A DNA stretch of 64,000 bases from Elusimicrobiales bacterium (GTDB taxonomy: Bacteria; Elusimicrobiota; Elusimicrobia; Elusimicrobiales; UBA9959): contig JAILAB010000064.1 of NCBI GenBank assembly GCA_024681855.1, forward strand, positions 3,190 through 67,189, read 5' to 3'. The translations under genes and the position numbers were made by a program. The notes beneath the pieces are model-generated. The model searched no databases. It worked only from the letters and a program-made list of their open reading frames with translations, and was not told where the DNA came from. Positions within the stretch are counted from its first letter, which is position 1. Every line of letters begins with the position of its first letter. This document shows positions 38,108 to 48,385 of the stretch, in pieces.

Positions 38108-38868
38108 GCAATATGAAATTCTGCCCGCACTGCGGCTTTCCCCTTAGCGACTGCTTTAAATTCTGCCCTGAATGCGGAAAAACACTAACACCAGGGCAAG
38201 GCCCTGCAAGCACGGGCTCAAATTCTCCTGCCAATCCCATGCTGCCAGCAAAGGCAGCAGCCCCTGCCGGCGAAAAAAACGGAAACCCCGGAAACTCAAA
38301 CAAACAAGGAAACACCCAGAATGAAGCAGGCCGCAGAAAAAACCTGCACAGGCAGGAAAATATTTCCAGAATTCCGCAGTATATAAGACAGCAGCTCATA
38401 TATGGAGAAGAGCTTGTTTATTTATGCAAGATACATTGGAAAATATGGATACCGGCAGGCATCTGGTTCGGCGCAGTGGCCGGATTAGGGACCATACTGC
38501 CGTCTTTGCATAAAACCCCGCAGGAATTTTCCTATGCTCTTATTGTATTTCTTGCTTTTCTTCTTGTATTCATATATTATTTCTGCCGCGCAATGATTGA
38601 ACATGTATGCACTTGCCTTGCCGTCACTAATAAGCGCGTAATATGCAAATTCGGATTCATACGCCGCTCCACATTTGAAATAAACCTGGACAAAGTGGAA
38701 GGAGTAAACCTTGAACAATCTTTCTGGGGCAGGATTTTTGACTGTTCAACGGTCATAGTGAGCGGAACAGGCAGTTCACATGCTCCAGTGCCCAATATAA
38801 TAGACGCAAAAGAATTCAAACAGGCCCTGCTGTCTGAATCGGAGATTTATAAAAGCCAAAAGAAATGA
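38104..38868 (+). CDS. Zinc-ribbon / low-complexity linker / membrane bPH (YdbT-like PH) domain protein
   Basis: MKFCPHCGFPLSDCFKFCPECG zinc ribbon. Pro/Gly/Asn-rich linker, two TM helices, then VTNKRVICKFGFIRRSTFEINLDKVEGVNLEQSFWGRIFDCSTVIV (bacterial PH pattern). ATGA overlaps at both ends. Confidence 0.65.
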   Translation: MSNMKFCPHCGFPLSDCFKFCPECGKTLTPGQGPASTGSNSPANPMLPAKAAAPAGEKNGNPGNSNKQGNTQNEAGRRKNLHRQENISRIPQYIRQQLIYGEELVYLCKIHWKIWIPAGIWFGAVAGLGTILPSLHKTPQEFSYALIVFLAFLLVFIYYFCRAMIEHVCTCLAVTNKRVICKFGFIRRSTFEINLDKVEGVNLEQSFWGRIFDCSTVIVSGTGSSHAPVPNIIDAKEFKQALLSESEIYKSQKK

Positions 38869-39728
38869 ATAAGACAGAAATCCGCAATGGGAGGCTTCTT
38901 TCCTTATTAAGCAGATATCTGAATTTTCATTCCGATTATATAAAGGAAAACGACATAAAAGAAATTGCGGAAACCGGGATAGGAGAAGAAATGGCATTCG
39001 GGCTTCTCCTAGCAAGTGCTTTTGGCCTGGACCTTGAAAAAAACTGGGAAGACATTGAATTCTTCAAAGAATATTTTCCATATATATTTCACAAGCTGGA
39101 TATAGAAGAATTCAAGAAAAACCCTTATTATAAGAACATCCGCTTCCCAGAAAGAAAAATAGGAAATATTGAATTCGGACACAGAACCTATAAGTCATAT
39201 GAGGCCTTCGCATGCGGGGACATGGAAGAAATGCCTGACGGCAGGCTGATGCCGCATATAGGTTTTTTCACGGAAGAATTCCGCTATCCCATAATACTTG
39301 AGAACGGCATAGAATGGATGACTGTTACTCCGAATGAAATACGCACGCTGGAAGAGCCTGAACATAAGGCTCACGGCAAAGTGCTTACATTCGGCCTTGG
39401 CATAGGCTACTATCCATATATGATTTCCCTTAAAAGCGATGTGGAATCCATAGATATAGCAGAACGCAATGAAAACACGATAGAGCTTTTCCGCAGGCAT
39501 ATACTGCCGCAATTTCCTAACAGGCAGAAAATAAGGCTTATATGCGGAGATGCCTTTAGCTATATGGACACAATCAGAGACGGGCAATATGATTTCATAT
39601 TCGCCGATCTCTGGCATGATGCCGGAGACGGAAAATCTTTATACCTAAAAACAAAAGAATATGAAAAGAAATATCCTAATACAGAATTTGCGTATTGGAT
39701 AGAAAAAACGATCAGATGTTATCTTTAG
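38865..39728 (+). CDS. Class-I methyltransferase / spermidine-synthase-fold protein with unknown N-terminal domain
   Basis: 287 aa. GKVLTFGLGIGYY (GxGxG), IDIAERN, ICGDAF and FIFADLWHD resemble a Rossmann SAM/dcSAM site. I do not recognise the N-terminal 150 aa. Confidence 0.5.
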   Translation: MNKTEIRNGRLLSLLSRYLNFHSDYIKENDIKEIAETGIGEEMAFGLLLASAFGLDLEKNWEDIEFFKEYFPYIFHKLDIEEFKKNPYYKNIRFPERKIGNIEFGHRTYKSYEAFACGDMEEMPDGRLMPHIGFFTEEFRYPIILENGIEWMTVTPNEIRTLEEPEHKAHGKVLTFGLGIGYYPYMISLKSDVESIDIAERNENTIELFRRHILPQFPNRQKIRLICGDAFSYMDTIRDGQYDFIFADLWHDAGDGKSLYLKTKEYEKKYPNTEFAYWIEKTIRCYL

Positions 39729-39781
39729 CACTAAAGAACATTTAGCGCATCCACTCTTAACAAAACCCGGAAATAAGGAAA

Positions 39782-40780
39782 TTATTTAATATCAAAAAAC
39801 ACTATATCAGATGTCCAGTCTGAGCGTTTGAAATTCCACAAGCTGCGAGCATATTCCTCTGCAAAATTTTCCGGGGCCTCATTTGAATTATTATCTTCAT
39901 CTGTATTGTTGTCAGGAAGCTCAAGAGGCGCATCTTTCGTGGCAATTACATGAATAAGAGCCTTGCCTCTCATATCATAATCCCACGGCACTTCCCATAA
40001 AAAATCAAATGTTTCCCCTCCGCGGACTAAACCCGGACCTTCTGCTTCTGGGAATATTTGAGCCATAGTGCCATTTTCTAACACCGCTAAAATCTTAACA
40101 TAACCGTCTTGGCTTAACTTAAAACTGCCTAAAAGATTATCTCCTAAGCTATATTCTGCGGATGAAAGATTAAGCGATGAAATTTTAAATTTCCTGTCTT
40201 TTTTGCCCGGAGGCATAAATTTTAAATAAAGAGGCTGAAGGCATCTTGTGCCAAGAGTCCTTACCCATTCGCAATAACCGTAACTCTTATTTATCCTATA
40301 CAAAAAAGCATCAGACCATGCCTTTATGTATTTGCCAGGAAATTCAGAAGAAATAAGTTCTTTTCTGCCGCCAGCAATTCCGGCAAGCATATCATCCAAT
40401 GGATATTTAGAAACATCTACAGCACGGCGGTACGCATCTGTTCTTGCGCGTTCGCTGGCAATGTCCTCGTTTTCATAAAGCAATGAGTAGCCCTCGCCTA
40501 ATGAATGAATTGCTTTTATGTCTGTTTCCTCGTATTGATGCGTATAAAAGCTTATCATCTTAGCCTTAGGCAGCTCATTCTTATCAAAAGCAAGCTCAAC
40601 TGGTTTTAGATTTTGATTAGAATCAGGCTGTAAAGACATTGTTTTTGAATCAGATAAAGGCTCTCTTATAACAGGCTCTTTGGCGGCTTTGGAAGAGGAG
40701 ATACAGCCGGAAAATGCCAATAAAGGCAAGAAATATGCTAAATATGAAGCAATCAGACGAATAACTTTGCTGGCATACAT
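39782..40780 (-). CDS. Lipoprotein with C-terminal DUF4384-like domain
   Basis: Lipobox LLAFSGC. C-terminal YSLGDNLLGSFKLSQDGYVKILAVLENGTMAQIFPEAEG...GGETFDF...ALIHVIATKDAP fits the DUF4384 pattern as I recall it. Confidence 0.55.
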   Translation of the reverse strand: MYASKVIRLIASYLAYFLPLLAFSGCISSSKAAKEPVIREPLSDSKTMSLQPDSNQNLKPVELAFDKNELPKAKMISFYTHQYEETDIKAIHSLGEGYSLLYENEDIASERARTDAYRRAVDVSKYPLDDMLAGIAGGRKELISSEFPGKYIKAWSDAFLYRINKSYGYCEWVRTLGTRCLQPLYLKFMPPGKKDRKFKISSLNLSSAEYSLGDNLLGSFKLSQDGYVKILAVLENGTMAQIFPEAEGPGLVRGGETFDFLWEVPWDYDMRGKALIHVIATKDAPLELPDNNTDEDNNSNEAPENFAEEYARSLWNFKRSDWTSDIVFFDIK

Positions 40781-40835
40781 AAAAATTCTCCTGTTATAAC
40801 TGGAGCCCCAAAATTAAAAACATATAATGCTCTAC

Positions 40836-43406
40836 TTATTTTTTTGGAGGAAAGCGCTTCGTTTTTTCGTCAGATCCCGTATCATATTCATCATAGGATT
40901 TGCCTCCGTACTTTCTGTTTTCTTTGCTGCCATATCTCCTATGCTGTTTTTCCTTGCTGGCTTCTGGCGAAGGCGAATCTTTCTTCTGTACCTCAGGTTT
41001 AGGCTCTGACTTTTCCTGAACCTCTTTTTCTTTTTCAGCATCTGCTTTTGCTTTTTCTTCGTCCAATTTTTTCAAAGCAGCTTCTAACTCTTTGCGTTCC
41101 GCTTCTTCCCTTATGATTTTCTCAGCAATGCGTTTTTCTTCCTCTGCCTGTCTCTTTTTCTCTTCCTGTATTCTCTTAATTTCACCAGGCAGCATTGCTT
41201 CGTCTTTATCATCTTCTTTAGAAGAATCTTCCGCAATGCCTTTTGCGCTATTTGGAGCTTGTTGAGAAATAGAAGGAGGAAGCTTAGCTATGTCATCAAT
41301 ATTTATTCGTATAACAGGCCTGACAGCCGTTCTAAAACCATAAACCTTTTTATACTGAACCTGGCCTGCATTATCAACATAAAGAGCTCTGAACGGCAAA
41401 ATGGATGAAGAGCGCAGCCACCAGCTTCCATATCCAGACGTATTGGCATCAGATCTGCCTTGTCTCAGATAAGGAGAAACCTTTGTTTTTTTCATATCTG
41501 CAGTAGGGAAAAACTTTTCCAGCTCTTCCAAGCTTAGCAGATAAACCTTATCTTCAGTGCTTACGCCGCCATGCATGCCAATTATGGTCTTTCTTCTGTT
41601 TCCAATAGTCTGAGTTTTAATCAGAGCCATCTCCTCAGGGTAAAATGCTTCAAAGTAGAACTGCTCATTAAGCCATTTCCTTAAGGAACTTTGCGCCCAA
41701 TTCACATTTTTAACCTTGAGATTATAACGTTGAACACTTATAAGGCGGCGGGAAATAAGAAGAGATGTTCCATCAGCAAACTTATTAAGAACTATCCATT
41801 CAATAGGATCCTGTTTCTTTCTGCTTGCAAGAGTATAACGTCCAAAGAAAACCGTCTGCATTTTCTTGGAATCAAATGTTATGTCAGATTCGTCAGAATA
41901 ACCCTCATAATCAGAATCTATTTCAAAACGCTTGCTAATTTCTTTCTCGCCGCCAGCATTTGCGGTATCTGTTGATTTCTTGGCATCAGCCACAGCAACC
42001 GCAGGTGACGTGGATACGGGAATGGCTGCTATTGACGAGGAAGATGACTGAACATCTTGCATATCGTCATCTTTGACATTATCCTCTTCTTCCTCATATT
42101 CCTGTGTTTCAAGGAATGATGCCGGGAGTTTTGAGATATCATTCAGATTTACTTTAACTACAGGACGCACTGCGATTTTAAACGCATAAACATTACGGCC
42201 TGTTGATGTAATTTCTCCAAAAGGATCCACTACAAGGGCTTTATGAGGCATTACGGAAGTTGTGCGCAGCCACCAGCTTGCATATCCGAAGTCATTCATG
42301 TCCGGCCTGCGATGCTTTATAAAATTAGAAGGCCTTGCCCTTTTCATAGCTCTCTTTGGAAAGTAATTATTTAATTCTTCCAAGCTTAACAGCCAAACTT
42401 TGTCTTCCGTATCTTTTCCGCCGCTCATTCCGAAAATAGTTGTTCTGCGATTCTTAACATTCTGATTCATCAATAAAGCACGTTCTTCAGGCCTAAAAGC
42501 ATCAGAAATGAAATTATGATTGAGCCAATGACGCAAAGATGATTCGCTCCAATTAACATGTTCTTTTTTTCTATTATAGCGCTGAAGGCTTATAAGCCTG
42601 TTTGCAAGAAGGATAGCGCTTCCGTCTTCATTTTTCTCCAAAATAATCCATTCCATTGGATCCAAGGTTTTATCACTAGCCAGAGCATATCTGCCAAACA
42701 TAATATGCGGCCTTGAAATATCTTTTTCTTCCTCTGGATTTTCTTTTTTCTTTAGAAAGGAAAAAAAGCTTTTCTTTTCTTCTAATTTCTCTTCATTTTC
42801 TAAAGAAAAGATATCATTAGGAACTCTTATTACTGGCCTTATTCCATAAGAAGCAACTGTAACGCGTTCGCCAGCCTGGCATATTGAGCCATCATTAAAA
42901 ATTCCTGCTTCCGTATTAGAAAGATAGCCAGGAGTTCTAAGCCACCAGTGCACAGAAGTCAGTTCCATCTTCGGCACTGCACCTTTTTTTATGGCATAGG
43001 GAGTAGGCTCAGCAATTCTTTGATTTAACTTAAGAAGTTTTTTTACTTCTTTCAGACTTAAGAGCGAAACATATTGTTTTACAATCTGAGACTTCTCTTC
43101 TTCCGAAAAAACAGTATCGCGGAACTCGCTATTTAGCCAAGAACGGAGTTCGCTTGTTTTCCACACATTTGATTTTTCATCATATCTTCTGGCATCCAGC
43201 ACATTTTTGCTCAATAGCGTAGCATTGCCGGTACTAGCATCTATGTCTATGACAATCCATTCTACAGGAGCCTTTGTGCCATCTTCCGCATACGGATAGG
43301 AGCCGAACTTAACCACATCTCCAATATCCGCATCTGCAATAGCAAAAGGAGTTAAAGAAAATAATGAAAAACAAGATAAAAAAAGAAAAGTTAAAAATTT
43401 GAGCAT
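40836..43406 (-). CDS. Large secreted protein with three DUF6273-type modules and a Glu/Lys coiled-coil plus basic tail
   Basis: 856 aa. Signal peptide MLKFLTFLFLSCFSLFSLTPFAIADA. Modules: FGSYPY...VEWIVI...HWWLRTPG; FGRYAL...MEWIIL...SWWLRTTS; FGRYTL...IEWIVL...SWWLRSSS. The tail reads EEKKRQAEEEKRIAEKIIREEAERKELEAALKKLDEEKAKADAEKEKE. Confidence 0.85.
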   Translation of the reverse strand: MLKFLTFLFLSCFSLFSLTPFAIADADIGDVVKFGSYPYAEDGTKAPVEWIVIDIDASTGNATLLSKNVLDARRYDEKSNVWKTSELRSWLNSEFRDTVFSEEEKSQIVKQYVSLLSLKEVKKLLKLNQRIAEPTPYAIKKGAVPKMELTSVHWWLRTPGYLSNTEAGIFNDGSICQAGERVTVASYGIRPVIRVPNDIFSLENEEKLEEKKSFFSFLKKKENPEEEKDISRPHIMFGRYALASDKTLDPMEWIILEKNEDGSAILLANRLISLQRYNRKKEHVNWSESSLRHWLNHNFISDAFRPEERALLMNQNVKNRRTTIFGMSGGKDTEDKVWLLSLEELNNYFPKRAMKRARPSNFIKHRRPDMNDFGYASWWLRTTSVMPHKALVVDPFGEITSTGRNVYAFKIAVRPVVKVNLNDISKLPASFLETQEYEEEEDNVKDDDMQDVQSSSSSIAAIPVSTSPAVAVADAKKSTDTANAGGEKEISKRFEIDSDYEGYSDESDITFDSKKMQTVFFGRYTLASRKKQDPIEWIVLNKFADGTSLLISRRLISVQRYNLKVKNVNWAQSSLRKWLNEQFYFEAFYPEEMALIKTQTIGNRRKTIIGMHGGVSTEDKVYLLSLEELEKFFPTADMKKTKVSPYLRQGRSDANTSGYGSWWLRSSSILPFRALYVDNAGQVQYKKVYGFRTAVRPVIRINIDDIAKLPPSISQQAPNSAKGIAEDSSKEDDKDEAMLPGEIKRIQEEKKRQAEEEKRIAEKIIREEAERKELEAALKKLDEEKAKADAEKEKEVQEKSEPKPEVQKKDSPSPEASKEKQHRRYGSKENRKYGGKSYDEYDTGSDEKTKRFPPKK

Positions 43407-43453
43407 AGATTAATAATATTATAATATATTGCTCTAAAAAAAAACAGTTTAAT

Positions 43454-44404
43454 TTAATTAATTAATTCAGCCTCTTCTGCCTCTTCTGCCGGCTCGCCAG
43501 GGGCAATGCCGGGATCATGCGAAACAGATGAGGGAACATCGCTGTTTTGCTCTGTATGGCTGCTGACACGCAAATTTAAACTGTCATTTAAGGAATTAGT
43601 TGCAGGAACCAGAGAAACTTTGCCTGGAGCAAGATAACTGCGCTTGCCGCCTTTTTTGCTTCGGCCTCCCTTAGACACAGGAGGCTTCAATATTATGGCA
43701 GGGCGAACATACATAAAATTAGTAACTTTTCGCCCGACTAAGCTCAAGCGATTCATTTTTCCGACATAAGAGACATAATTAAGATTTTTACCGGGAGAGC
43801 GCAGCCACCAGTCCACCACATCTTTTTTTATTATGCCCTCAGCTCCCAAGCTAGGATATTTCAAAAGGGCAGCGTATGGGGTATTAAATGTTTTTTGAGG
43901 TATTTTACGGCTGTATTTTTCATACTCATCTATGCTTAGCAGAAAAACTTTGTCTGCTGTTTCTTCCCCCCCTTCCGTAAAATATAGCGGATTATTCTTA
44001 TTGTCCCGAACCGTTTCCATGACCCTCTTTTTTTCCTCAGGACTAAAAGCTGTGTCAAAAAAAGTGCCATTCAGCCATGAACGGATATAGCTTTCCTTCC
44101 AGGTTAATGATTTAAAGCGATAATGGTATTGCTGAGTGTCAAGGCCATACAGACTTAAAAGAAGCATTGAGCCGTCTTTTTTCTTATCAAGTATTATCCA
44201 TGTTATCGGAGCAGAAGGCATCTGCGGGGAAGAAGAATAAGAGCCAAATTCAATCATTTTGCTTATTTTATTATCTTCCCTAGCCATTTGCCGCAGCTCA
44301 GCATTTGCCTTCTTGATCTCTTCCTTAGTCATGTCAGCCATGGCATAGCCTGAAATACATAACAGAAGAATAAAGGCAAGCGGCAGAAAACGGATAATCC
44401 TCAT
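43454..44404 (-). CDS. Secreted single-module DUF6273-type protein
   Basis: ATG at 44402-44404 (the track start at 44425 is a TTG). Signal MRIIRFLPLAFILLLCISGYAMA. FGSYSS...PITWIIL...IRSWLNGTF...DKVFLLS...TPYA...DWWLRSPG...VRPAIILK. Acidic C-terminus. Confidence 0.8.
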   Translation of the reverse strand: MRIIRFLPLAFILLLCISGYAMADMTKEEIKKANAELRQMAREDNKISKMIEFGSYSSSPQMPSAPITWIILDKKKDGSMLLLSLYGLDTQQYHYRFKSLTWKESYIRSWLNGTFFDTAFSPEEKKRVMETVRDNKNNPLYFTEGGEETADKVFLLSIDEYEKYSRKIPQKTFNTPYAALLKYPSLGAEGIIKKDVVDWWLRSPGKNLNYVSYVGKMNRLSLVGRKVTNFMYVRPAIILKPPVSKGGRSKKGGKRSYLAPGKVSLVPATNSLNDSLNLRVSSHTEQNSDVPSSVSHDPGIAPGEPAEEAEEAELIN

Positions 44405-44423
44405 AGCAATAGAAAAAGTATAC

Positions 44424-44466
44424 AAAAAAAACGGCTGCCGCTTAAGGACAGCAACCGTTTTTTTTA
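44424..44466 (-). terminator. Rho-independent terminator after hutU
   Basis: A7-ACGGCTGC...GCAACCGT-T8. The stem has one mismatch. It lies 36 nt downstream of the hutU stop and about 20 nt upstream of the next ATG. Confidence 0.65.
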
Positions 44467-44501
44467 CATAAAGCTTTCTTTATGGTGAAAAAGCAGTTAA
44501 A

Positions 44502-46151
44502 TTACTTATTCATCGGTATTTTAACGCCTTTTTCCTTGGCGAAGGTTTTAGCAGCCTCATAGCCGGCATCCGCATGGCGTATGACACCCATAGCCGGGTC
44601 ATTGCTTAGCACCCGGTCCAGGCGGTCAGCCATTTCCTTGCTGCCATCCGCAACAGTAACCTGACCGGCATGCAAGGAATATCCCATGCCAACTCCGCCG
44701 CCATGATGGAATGAAACCCAGCTGGCGCCGGAAGCCGTATTCACAAGAGCATTCAGTATAGGCCAATCCGCAACCGCATCGGAACCGTCCTTCATGGCTT
44801 CCGTCTCGCGGAACGGGCTTGCCACGGAGCCTGAATCCAGATGATCGCGGCCTATTACTATTGGCGCAGATATTTTTCCTTCCTTCACAAGCTCGTTGAA
44901 GCGCAGACCTGCTATATGCCTTTCGCCATACCCCAGCCAGCATATTCGGCTGGGCAGGCCCTGATAATGAACTTGCTTTTCGGCCATATCAAGCCAATTG
45001 CATAAATGCTTATTATTCGGGAACAGCTCCTTCAGGGCCTTGTCGGTAACCTCAATGTCCTTTGGATCTCCCGAAAGAGCCGCCCAGCGGAACGGGCCTT
45101 TGCCTTCGCAAAACATCGGGCGTATATAGGCAGGCACAAAACCTGGAAAATCATAGGCATTCTTAACTCCCTGCCTGAAAGCCATCGTGCGTATATTATT
45201 GCCATAGTCAAATGTGGCAGCGCCGGCTTTCTGAAGAGCAAGCATAGCTTCCACATGAACGGCAATAGATTCCATTGACAGCTTTACATACTTTTCAGGG
45301 TCTTTGGCGCGAAGCTCAGCAGCCTGCTTAACAGAATATCCTTTAGGTATATATCCGCGCAAAGGATCATGAGCAGAGGTCTGGTCGGTAAGGACATCAA
45401 CCTTAACGCCTCTCCTGACCATTTCAGGCAGCACTTCAGCGCAGTTGCCTAAAAGCCCTATTGAAAGGGCCTGGCGGGCTTTAACGGCCTTGCCGGCCAG
45501 CTCAAGAGCCTCATCCAAGTCTGTGCATTTAATATTCACATATTTTGTGTCAAGGCGCTTCTGTATGCGGCTTTCATCAGCTTCTACAATTATCGCAACG
45601 CCGCCATTCATAGTAACAGCAAGAGGCTGAGCGCCGCTCATTCCGCCGAGACCGCCGCTGACAACCAGCTTTCCGCGCAGATCACTGTTGAAATGTTTTC
45701 TCGCACATTCGGCAAAAGTTTCATAGGTACCCTGCAATATGCCCTGAGCGCCGATATAAATCCATGAACCGGCAGTCATCTGCCCATACATCATAAGGCC
45801 TTTTTTATCCAATTCATTGAAAACTTCCCAGTTTGCCCAGTTTCCAACAAGATTGGAATTGGCAATAAGAACCCTGGGGCTATATTCATGCGTGCGCAGC
45901 ACGCCGACTGGCTTGCCGGACTGAATAAGAAGCGTTTCATCTCCTTCCAGTTTTTTAAGCGATTCTATTATGGCATCAAAACATTCCCAGTTTCTGGCCG
46001 CCTTTCCGCGTCCGCCGTAAACGATAAGTTCATCAGGATGTTCGGCAACCTCCGGGTCCAGATTATTCATTAGCATGCGCATGGCCGCTTCCTGCTGCCA
46101 GCCCTTGCATGTAAGCTTATTTCCTCGTGGCGCACTTACTGTTCTAGACAT
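44502..46151 (-). CDS. hutU: Urocanate hydratase
   Basis: 549 aa. [34 protein letters not shown] and [26 protein letters not shown] are canonical HutU blocks. Confidence 0.93.
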   Translation of the reverse strand: MSRTVSAPRGNKLTCKGWQQEAAMRMLMNNLDPEVAEHPDELIVYGGRGKAARNWECFDAIIESLKKLEGDETLLIQSGKPVGVLRTHEYSPRVLIANSNLVGNWANWEVFNELDKKGLMMYGQMTAGSWIYIGAQGILQGTYETFAECARKHFNSDLRGKLVVSGGLGGMSGAQPLAVTMNGGVAIIVEADESRIQKRLDTKYVNIKCTDLDEALELAGKAVKARQALSIGLLGNCAEVLPEMVRRGVKVDVLTDQTSAHDPLRGYIPKGYSVKQAAELRAKDPEKYVKLSMESIAVHVEAMLALQKAGAATFDYGNNIRTMAFRQGVKNAYDFPGFVPAYIRPMFCEGKGPFRWAALSGDPKDIEVTDKALKELFPNNKHLCNWLDMAEKQVHYQGLPSRICWLGYGERHIAGLRFNELVKEGKISAPIVIGRDHLDSGSVASPFRETEAMKDGSDAVADWPILNALVNTASGASWVSFHHGGGVGMGYSLHAGQVTVADGSKEMADRLDRVLSNDPAMGVIRHADAGYEAAKTFAKEKGVKIPMNK

Positions 46152-46183
46152 ATTATTCTCCTTTAACTGATATGTTTTGATAA

Positions 46184-47746
46184 TTACAGCTCGTCAAGCT
46201 CAAAGTCAGAAAGATACATTGAAAGATTTTCAATCTTTGAGCTGAATTGCTCATCTCCTTTAAATGCAGGAGCTGTCTGCCTTATGAAAGCTAGAGTTTT
46301 TTCCAGCTGCGGGCTGGATTTCAGAGGACGGTGATATTCAATGCCCTCAGCCGCGGCAAGAGCCTCAATAGCAAGAATTCTGGCAGTGTTCTTAACAATT
46401 TCAGCAAGCTTATTAGCGGCATTCATGCCCATGCTGACAAAATCTTCCTGATTTGCGGAAGTAGGAATGGAATCAGCGCTGGCAGGATGGCAGAGAACCT
46501 TGTTCTCATTGCATAAAGCCGCCGCCGTGACATGGGCGATCATAAAACCTGATTCAAGGCCAGGATTGCGGGCAAGGAAAGGCGGCAGTATCTTGAAATT
46601 GCTAACCATCTGGGAAATGCGCCGCTCAGACATATTGCCAAGCGCCGTAAGGGCAATGCATGCGAAATCAGCAGCAAATGAAAGCGGCTGACCATGGAAA
46701 TTACCGCCTGAAAGAATGTCAACTCCGCCTTCAATGTCTTCAGAATCAACAACCAGCGGATTATCTGTTACGCTCTGAAGCTCCGTCTCAAATGTTTCCA
46801 TTGAATTGGAAATTGTATCCAAAACAGCGCCTATGGCCTGAGGCATGCAGCGAAGACAATAAGGATCTTGAACCCTGTCATCATTTTCAGCATGGGACTT
46901 CCGTATTTCGCTATCCATTAAGAGATTGCGCAGCATTTCAGCTGCAAATTTCTGGCCCTCATGCGGCTTAAGGTCATGTATTCTCTTGTCAAAAGCTGTA
47001 GGAGTGCCTTTTAATGCCTCTACCGTCATTGCACCGATGGTAAGCGAATTAACGGCAAGGTTCATTGCTTCCTGCAGCGCAAGGCCGCCTACGGCTTTCA
47101 TAGCCTGCGTGCCGTTTATAAGCGCAAGGCCTTCTTTTTCCGCAAGCTCAATAGGATTTATGCCGGCTTCCTTCATTATTTCAGCGCCAGGCTTCCACTC
47201 AAAGTCTCCTTCATCTCCGCCGATGCATGCAATGCCTTCCCCAATCATTACCAAAGCCATGTGAGCCGAAGGGGCCAGATCTCCGCTTGCGCCCACAGAG
47301 CCTTTGCGGGGAATAAAAGGTATGACATTTTTATTGAGCATGTTAACCAGTGTTTCAACAACAATGGGACGCACGCCTGAATTGCCCCTCGCAAGCTCAT
47401 AAACTCTGGCGAACATGAGAGCCCTTGCTTCTTCTGGGGACAGAGGCTCGCCTACGCCGCAGGAATGGCTTCTGATAAGATTTATCTGAAGATCCTTCAG
47501 ATTCTCACGAGAAATTTTCTGGCTTGCCAAATGACCGAAACCGGTGTTTATGCCATACATAGTTTTGCCAGAGTCAAGAAGCTTTTCCAGCTTCGCCCTG
47601 CGGGCCTCAACATTCTTAAGCATTGCAGCCGGAACTGACACTTCAGCTCCCAAAGCCACGTCTTCAAGGACATCCAGGCTTATGTCTCCGCCAAGGCTTA
47701 CGACAAGATCTTCCTCTCGTTCCTCATGTTCATGTTCACTTGACAT
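46184..47746 (-). CDS. hutH: Histidine ammonia-lyase
   Basis: 520 aa. MIO-forming [22 protein letters not shown] and LINGTQ blocks. Confidence 0.92.
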   Translation of the reverse strand: MSSEHEHEEREEDLVVSLGGDISLDVLEDVALGAEVSVPAAMLKNVEARRAKLEKLLDSGKTMYGINTGFGHLASQKISRENLKDLQINLIRSHSCGVGEPLSPEEARALMFARVYELARGNSGVRPIVVETLVNMLNKNVIPFIPRKGSVGASGDLAPSAHMALVMIGEGIACIGGDEGDFEWKPGAEIMKEAGINPIELAEKEGLALINGTQAMKAVGGLALQEAMNLAVNSLTIGAMTVEALKGTPTAFDKRIHDLKPHEGQKFAAEMLRNLLMDSEIRKSHAENDDRVQDPYCLRCMPQAIGAVLDTISNSMETFETELQSVTDNPLVVDSEDIEGGVDILSGGNFHGQPLSFAADFACIALTALGNMSERRISQMVSNFKILPPFLARNPGLESGFMIAHVTAAALCNENKVLCHPASADSIPTSANQEDFVSMGMNAANKLAEIVKNTARILAIEALAAAEGIEYHRPLKSSPQLEKTLAFIRQTAPAFKGDEQFSSKIENLSMYLSDFELDEL

Positions 47747-48323
47747 ACTTTCCTCCGCTCAATTTATGAATTTCATTAAATGTGCAATTTCCTTTCTCTT
47801 TTTGTATTTTCCTTATGAAAAAATACATTATCTGCTGAGTTACCCTCACATCATTCAATGCGCGGTGCCAGCCTTTATTCTCAATTTTAAGCTCCTCAGC
47901 AATGTTTCCCAGCCTGTTCGTTGTAAAAAGTTTGCTTTTTCTTGCCAAAATTAAAGTGTCTATTACAGGCAGCTTTGGGAAATGCAGGCCTATGCGGCCA
48001 AGCTCCATTTCCAGCATGCTTATGTCAAAGCACACATTATGGCCCACTATAACAGTATTTTCTATATTGCTGAGAAAAGGCGCAGCAATTTCAGCAAAAA
48101 CCGGCTTGCCGGCAAGCATTTCATCGCTTATTCCGTGAATCTGCTGAGCCGCGAAAGGCATGGGTCTTTCGGGATTAACCAGCCAGGAAAATGATGAAAT
48201 TTCATTAAATCCTTTAGCAATCAGCCCCGCAACCTCACATACGCGATCCACTCTCGCTGACACTCCAGTTGTTTCAGTGTCTATGACCGCAAAACGCACA
48301 TTACGTATGTCCCTATCCTGCAT
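47736..48323 (-). CDS. Stand-alone DEDDh 3'-5' exonuclease (DnaQ/epsilon-like)
   Basis: Exo I FAVIDTETTG, Exo II VGHNVCFDISML, Exo III HRALNDVRV. 195 aa. Its 3' end overlaps the hutH start by 11 nt. Confidence 0.8.
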   Translation of the reverse strand: MQDRDIRNVRFAVIDTETTGVSARVDRVCEVAGLIAKGFNEISSFSWLVNPERPMPFAAQQIHGISDEMLAGKPVFAEIAAPFLSNIENTVIVGHNVCFDISMLEMELGRIGLHFPKLPVIDTLILARKSKLFTTNRLGNIAEELKIENKGWHRALNDVRVTQQIMYFFIRKIQKEKGNCTFNEIHKLSGGKYVK

Positions 48324-48385
48324 ATAAATAATATATTATATTTTTCAATGATTTAGGAAACAGAAAGGCAAAATACGAGCATAAA

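Noticed and set aside
40827-41041. 60-69-aa ORFs on both strands at the 3' end of the three-module gene
   Set aside because: They lie within the low-complexity Lys/Glu-coding tail of the 856-aa gene, where repetitive purine/pyrimidine runs keep alternative frames open. There is no independent RBS or motif.
26752-44404. Diversity-generating retroelement or programmed variation acting on the repeated secreted modules
   Set aside because: The window has no reverse transcriptase and no template/variable repeat pair with adenine-specific mismatches. The modules differ throughout, like old paralogs. The only recent repeat is the 102-bp tail duplication.
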